The notes under the pieces were generated by a model. That model had not been told where the DNA came from and did no database searches. It worked only from the letters and a program-made list of their open reading frames with translations. Positions 46,254-57,400 of a stretch of DNA of 64,000 nucleotides are shown here, piece after piece (within the stretch, counting starts at the first letter, position 1; each line of letters opens with the position of its first letter). The stretch is from positions 1,750 through 65,749 of the forward strand of contig CAMVJU010000006.1 in assembly GCA_947167935.1 (NCBI GenBank), written 5' to 3'. The stretch comes from an uncultured Prevotellaceae bacterium. GTDB taxonomy: Bacteria; Bacteroidota; Bacteroidia; Bacteroidales; Bacteroidaceae. The position numbers and the translations under genes were made by a program.

Positions 46254-48902
46254 TTATTTGAGGATGACTTTGCCGTTGATGATGTTGAGTCCTCGGCGAG
46301 GTTGCTGCAAACGAATGCCTTCCATCGTGTAAACGGTGGAGGGCTTTTGTCGTGTCTCCAGCTCATGGATGGCTGTGGTGCCATTGAAGACGTCTTTCAC
46401 CTCATCGTCGCTCAGGACGTAGTTGTAGATGCGCAAGTCCTGCATGAGCCCGTTAAAGTAAGGGTCGTCGTTGAAGAAGCTACGTCCGATGTAATTGATA
46501 ACAGGCTTCAGGTCGGCAGGGCAGATGGTGATAGAAGTGCTGCTGGCCTTAAGCTCGCCGTCTACGTAGATGCAGGCCTTCCCTTTCTTGATGGTCACAG
46601 CTACATGCTTCCACTGTCCTGTGGGCAGTTTCGGAGCATCGAGGTGTTCCTCCGTGCCACCGTTCTTGATGGCCAGTCGCATGACGGAGCCATTGTTGGG
46701 GGTAAGGAAGAAGTAGTGGTCAGTGTCGTAGCCGAAATCAAACAGCCGCTGCCATCCTGCCGTCGACGATGACTTCACCCACATCGCTATGGTCAACTCC
46801 TCGCTGGCAGGTGTGTTGACGGGCAGTTGCAGCCATTGGCTGCCGCCAAAGCTGAGTGCCTTGGTGCCCTCCTCATGGCCTGCTATGAAGTTGGTGTTGA
46901 TGGCAGAGGCGGCGTTGCGCCCGTTCTCAGTGATATCGTTGGCAGTGCCGTTCATCGTCCAATGCCCTACAAGTGCTCTATCGGTTGGGACAGTAGCACT
47001 GGCTACTTCCGAGAATGTGCTTTGGTTTTGGGCGATGTCGATGGCCTTCACCTTATACTGATAAGTGTGGCCAGGCAACACGGTGTTGTCTACATAGACA
47101 GCCGTGGTGAGTCCTTCTGACGGCTGTGCAACCCGGCGTGCAATGGTGTTCCACTCTTCGCTTCCCTCCTCGCATCTCAAGACCATGTAGCCGTCGAGAT
47201 CTGTCTCTGTGCCTATGCTCCAGGTCAGGAATACTGATGCCGACTGTGCCAGCGCCTCTAATCCTGTGGGTTGTGCAGGTGCCTTTGTCTCGTAGGTGAT
47301 GTTTACGGGCATCAGGCGCCATTGCAGGAGTCGTTTACTGGATTCCTTGCTGGGCAGGGTGCGTTGGTCGATGTTGGTGTTGTTTTCCGTGCTGCTCGAC
47401 GAAGCGGCCAGATAGAGCGCACTCTCTCGGTTGCGTATGTAATAGTAGCCGTTGCCTGCATATTGCAGGTACCACTGCTCGTTGCTGCTTGGTGTGGTGT
47501 TCTGTGAATATGCAATGATGTTAGCGGCGGTTTCGGTGGAGAAGTTCAATACGTTCATCCTCGTGTTCGCATTGTCGACGGAGGTGAAGTCAAAGAAACT
47601 GAAGTCACCGCCGATGCGGGTGCTGACAGGCTTCACGTTCCACTGCTGCTTGGTACTGCCTGTGTATTTTTGCATCACAATGTTGTTGCCGCTGACGGCT
47701 GCAACGTTGCCCGTCGTCCTGTTCACCAGCTTGTAAACGCCTTCGGTGATGGGTACGGGTGGCACATCGTCGCCAAAGGTGATGTCGATGACACGCTCAG
47801 CATTGGTTTGTCCGTTCTGGTAGCTTGTGCCGCCAGGGATAACCATGCGGTACTGTCGGGTGGGGCCGTTGCCGTCGAAGTAGACATCGCGGTCTAATGA
47901 CACAAACTGATAACTCGTGTTCTTGGCTTGTCGCTCGCTGGTGCCGATGAAGGCTTTTACGCGGCCGTCATCATGGCGGTAGACGCTGGCTGAGGTCCAG
48001 TTGTCACGATGCTCGCCGTAGCCGAGACGCTCACCGTGACTACTGATGTCGCAGAATTCTCCACGGGCACGACTGTCGAACCCCCACCAGATACCTACGG
48101 TCATGCCGTATTCCAAGCCTGTCATCGCTTCGGTCACGTTGTGCATCTCGTCGTTGTAGCCAACCTTGCCGTCCTTCACTAACTGTTGGTAGAAGCTGGC
48201 GTAGTTGTCGAAAGAGCCCGCCAGCTGGTGGGTGTTGCCCCAGTCATAATACTGCTTGCCAGTAGTGTACCATGCCAATGCCTTGTCATCGTTCAGCGTG
48301 TTGCCGCCCACCATGTTGACGCCCTCCATGCGGGGATAGTTCTCGCGTAACAGCTTTGCTATCTGCACCTGTTTTTCTATGGTGGCACCCTCCTCAGTGC
48401 TCCAGTAATCTGGCTCGTTGAAGGGTGAGACACCCACGATGGGATGCTGTGTGTTCTGCTGCATCCAGTGTACATGACTGTTAATCATTGCAGCCCAATG
48501 CTCCACATTACATTTTTTATTTACCACAAAATAGTCGCAGGTGCCTGCCTCCTGATCGGCAGTGAAGACTATGGGCAGCGACTTGTTTACGATGTCGAAG
48601 ATGCCAGCGCGCTGCTTTATCACGTTGATGATGTCGCTGGCCAAGGCTGAATCGTTGACCAGCGGCTTGGTGAAACGGTAGGCCGAGCGTCCGATGCCGA
48701 CATTCTCCTTGCCCATGTGGTTGACACCTTTGCGCAGGTTCTGCTCGCTGATCCATGCCTGATCCAGGCCCCATGTGGGATTAAAGCGGTGGCCCGTCTG
48801 ACTGAGGTCGAAAGGTATAGTGACGTCAGCCTTTGTCACCACCTGAGCATGACAAGGTGCTAGCATAAAGCAGCTGATGATGAGAAGTGTAGCGTGTTTC
48901 AT
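46254..48902 (-). CDS. Secreted putative glycoside hydrolase (NEP motif) + ricin lectin + FN3 + LamG, T9SS-like tail
   Basis: SPFNEPD; QQW/EQW/LQW ricin repeats; APAQPTGL FN3; WQRLFDFG and WKHVAVT LamG. Confidence 0.75.
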   Translation of the reverse strand: MKHATLLIISCFMLAPCHAQVVTKADVTIPFDLSQTGHRFNPTWGLDQAWISEQNLRKGVNHMGKENVGIGRSAYRFTKPLVNDSALASDIINVIKQRAGIFDIVNKSLPIVFTADQEAGTCDYFVVNKKCNVEHWAAMINSHVHWMQQNTQHPIVGVSPFNEPDYWSTEEGATIEKQVQIAKLLRENYPRMEGVNMVGGNTLNDDKALAWYTTGKQYYDWGNTHQLAGSFDNYASFYQQLVKDGKVGYNDEMHNVTEAMTGLEYGMTVGIWWGFDSRARGEFCDISSHGERLGYGEHRDNWTSASVYRHDDGRVKAFIGTSERQAKNTSYQFVSLDRDVYFDGNGPTRQYRMVIPGGTSYQNGQTNAERVIDITFGDDVPPVPITEGVYKLVNRTTGNVAAVSGNNIVMQKYTGSTKQQWNVKPVSTRIGGDFSFFDFTSVDNANTRMNVLNFSTETAANIIAYSQNTTPSSNEQWYLQYAGNGYYYIRNRESALYLAASSSSTENNTNIDQRTLPSKESSKRLLQWRLMPVNITYETKAPAQPTGLEALAQSASVFLTWSIGTETDLDGYMVLRCEEGSEEWNTIARRVAQPSEGLTTAVYVDNTVLPGHTYQYKVKAIDIAQNQSTFSEVASATVPTDRALVGHWTMNGTANDITENGRNAASAINTNFIAGHEEGTKALSFGGSQWLQLPVNTPASEELTIAMWVKSSSTAGWQRLFDFGYDTDHYFFLTPNNGSVMRLAIKNGGTEEHLDAPKLPTGQWKHVAVTIKKGKACIYVDGELKASSTSITICPADLKPVINYIGRSFFNDDPYFNGLMQDLRIYNYVLSDDEVKDVFNGTTAIHELETRQKPSTVYTMEGIRLQQPRRGLNIINGKVILK

Positions 48903-51900
48903 CTGATGATAATCTTTGTAGGTTTACCATTTTCCACCTTGATATAGACACCTGGGCGCAAGGTTTGCTGCTTGACAGGCACACCACTGGTAGTATAGAG
49001 GGTGGAGGGTTGATGGTTGAAGGTGGAGGGAGAAGTGATGTCGGCCGTGAGCACCTCCAACTCACTGTCTGTTATGCCCGTGATGGGAATGGTGGGACCG
49101 TTCCATGAGGAGAAAATGGTGTAGGGATTGCTGCTTTTGTCGTCGAAGGGACGCAGCACGGCGTGATAGTTGCCGATGGGCATGCGGCCTTCGGGTTTAC
49201 ACCAGACACCATCGATGAGGGCATAGTGTTTGGAGGGCACATTGCCGGTGGTGGCATAGAAGCCGCGCAGGTTGCCCGTGCCTCTGCCATTGGCCTTTTC
49301 TTTCATCTCTCCGTATTCGCGGAAACGCGCCATGTCCTCATCAGACATGTAGATGAAAGGCTCTCCGGCCTCCACCTCCTCTATCTCTTCCAGACATAAG
49401 GCAGAGTAATCGCTGAGGATGCCGGCTATTTGATAGAACTTCAACTTCGGCGAAGCTGCAACGTTATAGGGCAGACACCCCGTTTGCCATTGACCAGCGG
49501 TGACCTGTGTCTGATAATAGGGGATGAAACGCAAGGCAAAATCTGTAGCGCACCACCATCCCTCTCGGTGGTCCCCGCTTGCGCTTGTGTCACCTATCTT
49601 GTGGTAAGCGTTGTCGACAGCGCCGTTCTTTGAGCTTTCAAAGCCAATGGTCACGCTCTCTCCATTGTCCACGTAGAAGGGTGGGGTGGTGAGCGTTTCC
49701 CAGCGGTCATCTACGCTGATGTTGGTCAGGTCGAGATAGTCCTTGCTCAGCACAGGGCTGACGTGTGTCTCGCCGTCTTTCGTCAGGAAGGCGTGCTGGT
49801 CGCTCAGACAGTAGTGCTGAGTGGAGGCGCGACATTCCAGGAAGTAGAGGCCTGGCACGTCAATCGCAGCGATGTCCTGCTTGATGGCCATGGTCTTGTC
49901 GGTGTTACCAGTAGGATTGAGCGACCACCAAGCGTTCCAGCAAGTCACACCGTCTTGTGTGGCCAGGCGCTGGTCGCCGCCTTGGTATGTGCCGGATTTC
50001 ACTGTCCATCCGTTTGTGCTGCTGAAATTAGGCGACTGCACCTTGCCCTCTGCCGTGCTCAGCGACATATATTCGTCCATAGCGTCCGTCAAGGCGGTGT
50101 ATTCATCCATCACCCATTGCGGTGTGATGTCGTTCTTGTCGGCAACTTCTTGTGCAATAGCAGCCAGCTCCTCGCTACCTATGATGGGATACTCACTGAC
50201 GATGCTGTTCACCTCGTTGGCACGGGCTCTCAGCAGGGGCAATGTGATGGCTGCCTTAATGGCTGTGTCGGTGAGATTTTTCACGTAAGTGATGTCCTCC
50301 TGCTTGTCGCTCTTGACTGTGGCCAGCTGTGTGGTCAGCTCATTATTGAAAATCGGATTATATTCCATGAAAGCCTGTGCACGCAACCTCTCTTTGGCAG
50401 CGGCATCGGCCAGTGCCTCGTCCTTGGTTTCAAAAAGACGGAAGAGGCGGAAATTGTCGAAGCATGCCTGGGCGTTGAGGGTGTTCAGCAGAATGATAAC
50501 ATACTCGTTATTACCACTATTGAAGGTGTAGAAACTGGTGAGCCATACTGCCGATGTGTTGTTGAACGAAGCAGCCGTGCCGCCGTTGATAGAGGTGCCG
50601 TTATTGCTAAGACCTACTCTGGCAATGCTCTTGTCGCCCATATTGCAGGCATCGGCCATGAAATAATAATCTGAGTTTGGCTCAATCTTCACAGCGGTCT
50701 TTACGGCCTGTACGGTGTTCGTACCGCCGTTGCCGTAGCATTGCAGATAGGCACTGCCATCAGCACCTCCGATGGCAGGTACCTGGAACCAAGGCTGGTC
50801 AAGCGCAGAGCCTTGTCCATTGGTCCATCCGTAGGAGCCCATGTCGAAGCTGCCGTTGACAATGATGTTGCCGCCAAGATACATCGTCTTTTCACCGATA
50901 GTGACAGGGTCGCCGGCTTGCACACTGTTGTTCACTACCATAACGGTGTTTGTTGACTTGATGGTGCCGTTGCCCATCTTCTCCGCGATGCGGAATTCCC
51001 ATCCTACTTGTGCGTCTACGTCGCTGACTGTATATATGCCTGTCTCCTCTGTCAGGGGTACATCCACGACGGTAACCCATGTCTGAGAGCTGTTTTCACG
51101 TTTCTGTACGTAGATGTATTCATTCATCTCGCCGTTGCTTTCCGTCCAGGTTAGCGTGGCCTTGCTTGTAGTGGCGTCAAAATCAATGCTAAGATCCGTA
51201 GGTGGTACCTGTGGCGGTACTTTCGGGACAAACTCCTTACCCTTGTAACCCAGGCCGCTGTTGATGGTGGCATAGTATTGTCCGGCGGGAGTGAGCGAGC
51301 CGTCGTCGCGGATGAGCTTTGAGGGGTTGCGCTCGCTGTTCCAGTAGTAGTAGCGCTCCACGTTGGCATTGTTGTTCAGCACATTGCAGATACGCTGCAC
51401 GGCTTCTTTGTTCTGGGTCTCAGTGACGCCACTGGCAAAGGCGCCGTTATTGTTCCATGATGCGCCCCACACCCATTCCGAAATCCACACCGGGCGGCCG
51501 GTGCTGCTTGTCCAGTTTGAAATGGTGCCGAAGTTGCCCTCTGGCCAGTAACAGTGCAAGTCAACGATGTCGCATCGCCATCCCCTGGCATCTATCTCGT
51601 CGAAGAATGACTTCAGGAACCCCGTGCCATTGGTATAGTCGCTGCCGTCCCACGATGAGGGCGAGCAGAGCCTCATACCCGTAGCCATCAGATTCTCCCA
51701 ATTGGCTAGGATGGTCTCCAGGTCCTGCGGATGATCGTCTGCCGTATTCCGCGGCTCGTTGTTTGTTTTCATGTGAGCCGAATATTCCCTGCTGCCGCAC
51801 TCAGCCGACGAGGGCCAGTTCTCATAGATGTGGTGGGGCACGCACTCGGCATCGGGCAGACGGCTCTCACCTAGGCCGAAGCTGTAGCACGACGTGACGT

Positions 51901-52597
51901 TCAGCGCGCTGACCGAGCTGGCGCGTGTATCGTTGGCCAGGGCCTGCTTGCCGGTGTCCTGCCATTTGAAGATTCTATAGGACGAGATACTCCTGTCAAG
52001 GATGGCGGGCAGCGAGGCCATCTCGATGTCCTTGTCGGCGGCTATGAAGCAACGGCTGTAGCCACGCCCCTTCGCCTTGATGGAGAACGTCACCATATAG
52101 CCGCGCTTCAGCTTGAACGAGCGGATGCGGTTGTTCAGCTGGGCGTCCGTCAGCGTGTTCATGAATCCGCCGTCGTTACCCAAGCCGAAGACGTCGGTCG
52201 ACTCGCCCTCAAAGTTCTTCTCCGAGTAGACGGTGAGGGGCTTGAAGCTGTTGCCGTAGGGCAGGATGATGCTGCCGCGGTTGTAAATCTTCACCTGACA
52301 GTTGGTATTGTTCACAGCCTTTGCACCGTTGATCTTTACGTGTGTTGCCAGCATCGATATAGCCTTCGATGGCTTTACGTTCTGCAAGATGATGACAGCG
52401 TGCTCTGTGTTCACGATATTGACAATACCATCGGTGGTGAAAGGTGTGGTGCTGGTGACGATGTAGTCAACGTCGTTTTCCAAGTCTACTGTCGTAGTCA
52501 CTTGTTCTACAGTTTGCTTGGTGTTGGCAGCCCATAGCTGCATCGACAACGTCACAGCCATGACCACAATTAAAAATCTCTTGAATAGGTTTCTCAT
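48899..52597 (-). CDS. Secreted GH128-like (clan GH-A) hydrolase, multi-domain
   Basis: TNNEP, DLHCY, RPVWISEW, VERYYYW, LTPAGQYY; crystallin-like IRSFKLKRGY; T9SS-like tail. Confidence 0.72.
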   Translation of the reverse strand: MRNLFKRFLIVVMAVTLSMQLWAANTKQTVEQVTTTVDLENDVDYIVTSTTPFTTDGIVNIVNTEHAVIILQNVKPSKAISMLATHVKINGAKAVNNTNCQVKIYNRGSIILPYGNSFKPLTVYSEKNFEGESTDVFGLGNDGGFMNTLTDAQLNNRIRSFKLKRGYMVTFSIKAKGRGYSRCFIAADKDIEMASLPAILDRSISSYRIFKWQDTGKQALANDTRASSVSALNVTSCYSFGLGESRLPDAECVPHHIYENWPSSAECGSREYSAHMKTNNEPRNTADDHPQDLETILANWENLMATGMRLCSPSSWDGSDYTNGTGFLKSFFDEIDARGWRCDIVDLHCYWPEGNFGTISNWTSSTGRPVWISEWVWGASWNNNGAFASGVTETQNKEAVQRICNVLNNNANVERYYYWNSERNPSKLIRDDGSLTPAGQYYATINSGLGYKGKEFVPKVPPQVPPTDLSIDFDATTSKATLTWTESNGEMNEYIYVQKRENSSQTWVTVVDVPLTEETGIYTVSDVDAQVGWEFRIAEKMGNGTIKSTNTVMVVNNSVQAGDPVTIGEKTMYLGGNIIVNGSFDMGSYGWTNGQGSALDQPWFQVPAIGGADGSAYLQCYGNGGTNTVQAVKTAVKIEPNSDYYFMADACNMGDKSIARVGLSNNGTSINGGTAASFNNTSAVWLTSFYTFNSGNNEYVIILLNTLNAQACFDNFRLFRLFETKDEALADAAAKERLRAQAFMEYNPIFNNELTTQLATVKSDKQEDITYVKNLTDTAIKAAITLPLLRARANEVNSIVSEYPIIGSEELAAIAQEVADKNDITPQWVMDEYTALTDAMDEYMSLSTAEGKVQSPNFSSTNGWTVKSGTYQGGDQRLATQDGVTCWNAWWSLNPTGNTDKTMAIKQDIAAIDVPGLYFLECRASTQHYCLSDQHAFLTKDGETHVSPVLSKDYLDLTNISVDDRWETLTTPPFYVDNGESVTIGFESSKNGAVDNAYHKIGDTSASGDHREGWWCATDFALRFIPYYQTQVTAGQWQTGCLPYNVAASPKLKFYQIAGILSDYSALCLEEIEEVEAGEPFIYMSDEDMARFREYGEMKEKANGRGTGNLRGFYATTGNVPSKHYALIDGVWCKPEGRMPIGNYHAVLRPFDDKSSNPYTIFSSWNGPTIPITGITDSELEVLTADITSPSTFNHQPSTLYTTSGVPVKQQTLRPGVYIKVENGKPTKIIIR

Positions 52598-52783
52598 ATT
52601 CGGGGTTCTTCAGATGTTAGTTCTTAGTCATATCAGCGTGCAAATATACGAAAAAAATGCGAAGTGACGAAAAATTTCTTCCAAAAACGATGCGCTCCTT
52701 CAAAAAAGTGACCTGATTCTTCGCTGTTCAGCCTTTTTTTCGTACTTTTGCAGCATTCTAAAAGATAAAACTACAGAAAAGCT

Positions 52784-53623
52784 ATGAGAAAGACTTTGTC
52801 AATAGTATTCGTGCTATTGCTGTCATTACCTTTGTGGTCGCAGACGTTGCGGCAGTTTACCGTGAATATCACCCCTGACGGACAGGCCAAGATGGAGGTT
52901 TACTTGCCAGAACAGCCCACCGGCCGTGCCATTGTTGACTGTCCGGGTGGCGGTTATTCGCACCTGGCTATGCAGCACGAAGGCTATGATTGGGCACCGT
53001 GGTTTAATGAACGCGGCATTGCCTTCTTCGTCCTCACCTACCGAATGCCCCACGGCGACCGCACCATTCCCCTCGGCGATGCCCAGCAGGCCATTCGTAT
53101 TGTGCGCGACTCGGCGCAGGTGTGGGGCATCAATCCGCAGGATGTTGGCATCATGGGCTTTTCGGCTGGAGGCCATCTGGCCAGTAGCGTCTCAACACAT
53201 AGTGCTGATGACTGCCGTCCCAACTTCAGCATCCTCTTCTATCCCGTCATCTCAATGGATCAGCGTATCACACATAAAGGTTCGTGCGTGAACTTCCTTG
53301 GCGAGGAAGGCGCGAAAGACTCGTTGCTGGTGAAGGAGTGGTCGAATCAGAATGCTGTGAAGAGCAATGTGACGCCACCCGCCATCATCATCACCGCCAA
53401 CGACGACCGAGTGGTGCCTCCTGTCACCAATTGCATTGCTTACTACAGTGCCATGCAACTGGCTGGTAATCTCTGCTCGCTCTTCGTCTATCCCTCGGGC
53501 GGACACGGCTTCGGTTTCCGTTCTACGTGGCCTTTCCACGACCAGATGTTGGTTGAGGTCGAGCGCTGGCTGCAGCATCTCTCACAGGTACAGACTAGCA
53601 GACAGCAAACTAAAAACGACTAA
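52784..53623 (+). CDS. Alpha/beta hydrolase (carbohydrate esterase-like)
   Basis: PGGGY, GFSAGGHLA, DDRVV, GGHGFG. Confidence 0.88.
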   Translation: MRKTLSIVFVLLLSLPLWSQTLRQFTVNITPDGQAKMEVYLPEQPTGRAIVDCPGGGYSHLAMQHEGYDWAPWFNERGIAFFVLTYRMPHGDRTIPLGDAQQAIRIVRDSAQVWGINPQDVGIMGFSAGGHLASSVSTHSADDCRPNFSILFYPVISMDQRITHKGSCVNFLGEEGAKDSLLVKEWSNQNAVKSNVTPPAIIITANDDRVVPPVTNCIAYYSAMQLAGNLCSLFVYPSGGHGFGFRSTWPFHDQMLVEVERWLQHLSQVQTSRQQTKND

Positions 53624-53628
53624 CAGGT

Positions 53629-54315
53629 ATGAAGATAAAGGTTTGTGGTATGCGAGACGGTGAGAATATCCGCGAAGTGGCGGCCCTCGGCGTCGATTAT
53701 ATCGGGATGATTTTCTGGAACGGCTCGTCTCGCAATGTCACGATGGTGCCCACACATGCCGGCATCATCCCTGACCGTGCCAGTCTCTTATCTCTCACTG
53801 TCCAAGGGGATTTGCAATCCCCTCACCTCTTACCACAGCGAGTAGGTGTCTTCGTCGACGAGATGCCGCAAAACATCATTACGCGTGTGGTGAACTTCCA
53901 GCTTGATGTCGTGCAGATGCATGGCCATGAGTCGCCTACCGTTATCCGCAACCTGCGCGCCACCCTTGATCCCGATATCCGTCCAGGTATTCAATTTTGG
54001 AAAGCCATCAGCATTGCAAACACCATCGATTTGTCTGCCTGCGAGCAATATTTCGACTGTGTCGATGCCTTTGTCTTTGATACCCGTACCACTGTGCCTG
54101 GTGGTAGCGGCCAGCAGTTTGATTGGCAGCTTCTTGATGCCTATTATGGCCCTGTACCTTTCCTGCTCAGTGGCGGTATTGGCCCTGACGATGCAGAACG
54201 TGTAAAAGCTTTCCATCATCCGCAATGCATCGGCATCGACCTCAACTCACGCTTTGAGAAAGTTCCGGCCGTGAAAGACGTTGATCAGTTGCGTAGCTTT
54301 CTCACCCAACTTTAA
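53629..54315 (+). CDS. trpF: Phosphoribosylanthranilate isomerase
   Basis: KVCGM, VGVFVD, QMHGHE, GGSGQQFDW, LSGGI, DLNSRFE. Confidence 0.93.
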   Translation: MKIKVCGMRDGENIREVAALGVDYIGMIFWNGSSRNVTMVPTHAGIIPDRASLLSLTVQGDLQSPHLLPQRVGVFVDEMPQNIITRVVNFQLDVVQMHGHESPTVIRNLRATLDPDIRPGIQFWKAISIANTIDLSACEQYFDCVDAFVFDTRTTVPGGSGQQFDWQLLDAYYGPVPFLLSGGIGPDDAERVKAFHHPQCIGIDLNSRFEKVPAVKDVDQLRSFLTQL

Positions 54316-54431
54316 TGTTTTCTTCGTAATCGTTTCCGTAAGGCATTTTTCTTTTTCCCTCATATAAATTTTGCTGTTAGGATTGTTTTTCGTAACTTTG
54401 CAACCTATTACACACAATCACTAATAGCTAT

Positions 54432-57400
54432 ATGAGAAAATTCCTATCATTGCTGCTGCTAACCTTGTTGGCCTCCTTTTCTGTGCAGGCCAACGAGTGG
54501 GACGCTGTCGTCTACCAACAGATAGAACAGAGCATTCAGGTACCTCAAATCAGTGGCAAAGATTATCTTATCACGAAGTTTGGCGCCAGGCCTGACGCAT
54601 CGGCTGCCGATAACCAGAAAGCCATACAAAAAGCTATCGACAAGTGCGCTAAGAAAGGTGGTGGCCGGGTTGTCGTACCTGCTGGTCAGACATTCCTTAC
54701 CGCAGCTATCCATTTGAAGAGCCATGTCGATCTGCATATCGAGGAGGGGGCCACGCTGCTCTTCGCTTTCAAGCCCGACCTCTATCCCATCGTAGAGACC
54801 ACGTGGGAGGGCCTCGACTGCTTCAACCTCTCGCCCTGCATTTATGCCAATGGGCAGACCGACATTGCCATCACCGGCAAGGGCGTCATTGACGGCGGTG
54901 GTTCCAACGAGGCATGGTGGCCCTGGGTCGGCGTTGCGCATTTTGGATGGAAGGAGGGTGGCATCTCGCAGAGCAGGGAGGCACGCCCGCGTCTGCTGCG
55001 TTGCGGCGAAGATGGCGTACCCATGCGTGATGAACAGGGACAACCCGTGAGGGAACGCTCTTTTGGTCCGCAGGACGGTCTGCGTCCGCAGCTTGTCAAT
55101 TTCTACCAGTGCCAGCGTGTGCTTATTGAAGATGTCACATTGCTTGATTCACCTTTCTGGGTTATTCATCCCTTACGTTCGACCGACGTTACTGTGCGTC
55201 GCGTACATATTAATAATGCAGGCCCTAATGGTGACGGCTGCGACCCTGAGAGTTGTGACCGCGTGCTCATCGAGGATTGTTTCTTCAATACAGGTGACGA
55301 CTGCATTGCCATCAAGAGCGGACGAAACCGCGACGGACGCGAGCACGCCATGCCTTCGCAGAACATCATCATCCGCAACTGTGAAATGAAGAACGGACAC
55401 GGTGGCGTGGTCATTGGCTCTGAGATCAGCGGCGGCGCAAAGAACATTTTCGCACATGACTGCGTGATGGACTCGCCCAATCTCGACCGTGTGCTGCGTA
55501 TTAAGACTAACTCCTGCCGTGGCGGCATCATCGAGAACATCTATGTAAAGGACATCAAGGTGGGACAGTGTGGCGAGAGTGTGTTGAAGATCAACCTCGA
55601 CTACGACCACAATGAGATTTGTTGTCGTGGCAACTTCCCCACGGTGCGCAACGTGCTGATGGAGAACGTCACCTGCGAGAAGTCGAAGTACGGCGTGCAG
55701 ATCATCGGATTGGACGACGATACCTTTGTCTATGACATCGACGTGCGCAACTGCCGCTTCAACGGTGTTCAACAGGGCAACTTCCAGAGTGGAAAGGTGC
55801 GTGATGTGCGTTTCGACAAACTTTATGTCAATGGCAGCCTTGTCCTCAACGAGAAGCCTTACAAGCACTACTCCGAATGGATGACCTACTCGGAGATGCA
55901 GCGTGTGCCGGAGAGTTATCTGCTTGACTTCTCCTCAAAACCTAAGTGGAGCTATGTCATGGGTATTGAGTTGGAGAGTATGCTTGACACGTATCTTAGA
56001 TATGGCGGCGAGGACATCCGTAATTACTGTCAGCTCTATACTGACACGATGATCAACGCTCGAGGAGACATTCGTGGCTACAACATCCTCGACTACAACC
56101 TCGATAACATCCGCACAGGCCATTTCGTCACCCGCATGTATCAGCAGTGGCCTGAGGAGAAAAATCTGCTGGCCATGAAGACGATGATGAAGCAGTTGCA
56201 GGACCAACCGCGTACCAAGGCCGACAAGGTGTTCTGGCACAAGGCCATTTATGCCTATCAGGTGTGGCTCGACGGCATTTTCATGGGATTGCCTTACCGG
56301 GTGCTAACCGCCCCTATTATTCTCAATAACACTCAAAAGAAACGTGGTGAAGACTATAAGATATACAACGATGCTGTGGAGCAGTTGAAGACCACCTACG
56401 AGCGTACCCTCGATCCGAAGACCGGCCTTAACCGCCATGCCTACGATGAGACGCGTAAGGCTTTCTGGAGCGACAGCATTACAGGCCTCTCGCAGCATTG
56501 CTGGGGTAGGGCACAGGGGTGGTACACGATGGCGCTCATCGAAGTGCTTGACGCCCTGCCTGAGGAATACGCCCGCCGCAGTGAGGTCATTGACTTGTTG
56601 AAGAAGGACCTTGACGCCGTCATCAAGTGGCAGGACAAGAAGAGCGGTGTATGGTATCAGGTGATGGACTCGCCAGGGCGTGAGGGCAACTATCTGGAGA
56701 GCACCTGCTCGGCCATGTTCACCTACGTGTTGCTAAAAGCCTACCGCAAGGGCTATGTCGGCACAAAGTATCGCGACGCAGGCATCAAGGCCTATCGTGG
56801 CATCATCAACAATTTCATCCGCGTGAACGATGACAAGACTATCTCACTGACCAACTGCTGCAGTGTGGCTGGTCTCGGTCCTGCCGCTACCGACGAGGTT
56901 ATCGCTGCTATGAAGCAGGTGAATCCTAAGGGCAGCGTGAAAGAGAACCGTCGGCGCGATGGCGGCTATGCCTATTACCTCTCGGAGCCCATCCGCGACA
57001 ATGACGCCAAGGGCCTTGGCCCGTTTATCTGGGCCTCACTTGAGATGGAGATGATGGGCTACGACACCGACAACGTCATGCAACCGATTGACCGCAAGGC
57101 TGTGGTCAGCCGCAATAATCCCATCATCACCGAGGCTGACCCGCTGGCCTCGCTCACCGTTGGCAATGGCCATTTCGCCACGACGGTCGACGTCACCGGA
57201 CTGCAGTCGTTCCCTTTTGAATATAGGGGTGGTGTTCCCCTGACAGCCATGTCCGACTGGGGATGGCATAAGCTCGAAAACACCGAAGGCCTTACGCCTG
57301 CCGACAGTTGGAAGACCGTCGATTTGGGTCATGGCCACTCTGAATTGTATGCCGTGGAGTATAAAGCCTCTAAAAGCGATGCAGCTAGAAACGTGGCTGC

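Noticed and set aside
53629-54315. Orphan trpF as a new pathway signal
   Set aside because: Ordinary TrpF motifs; separation from the trp operon alone is weak evidence.
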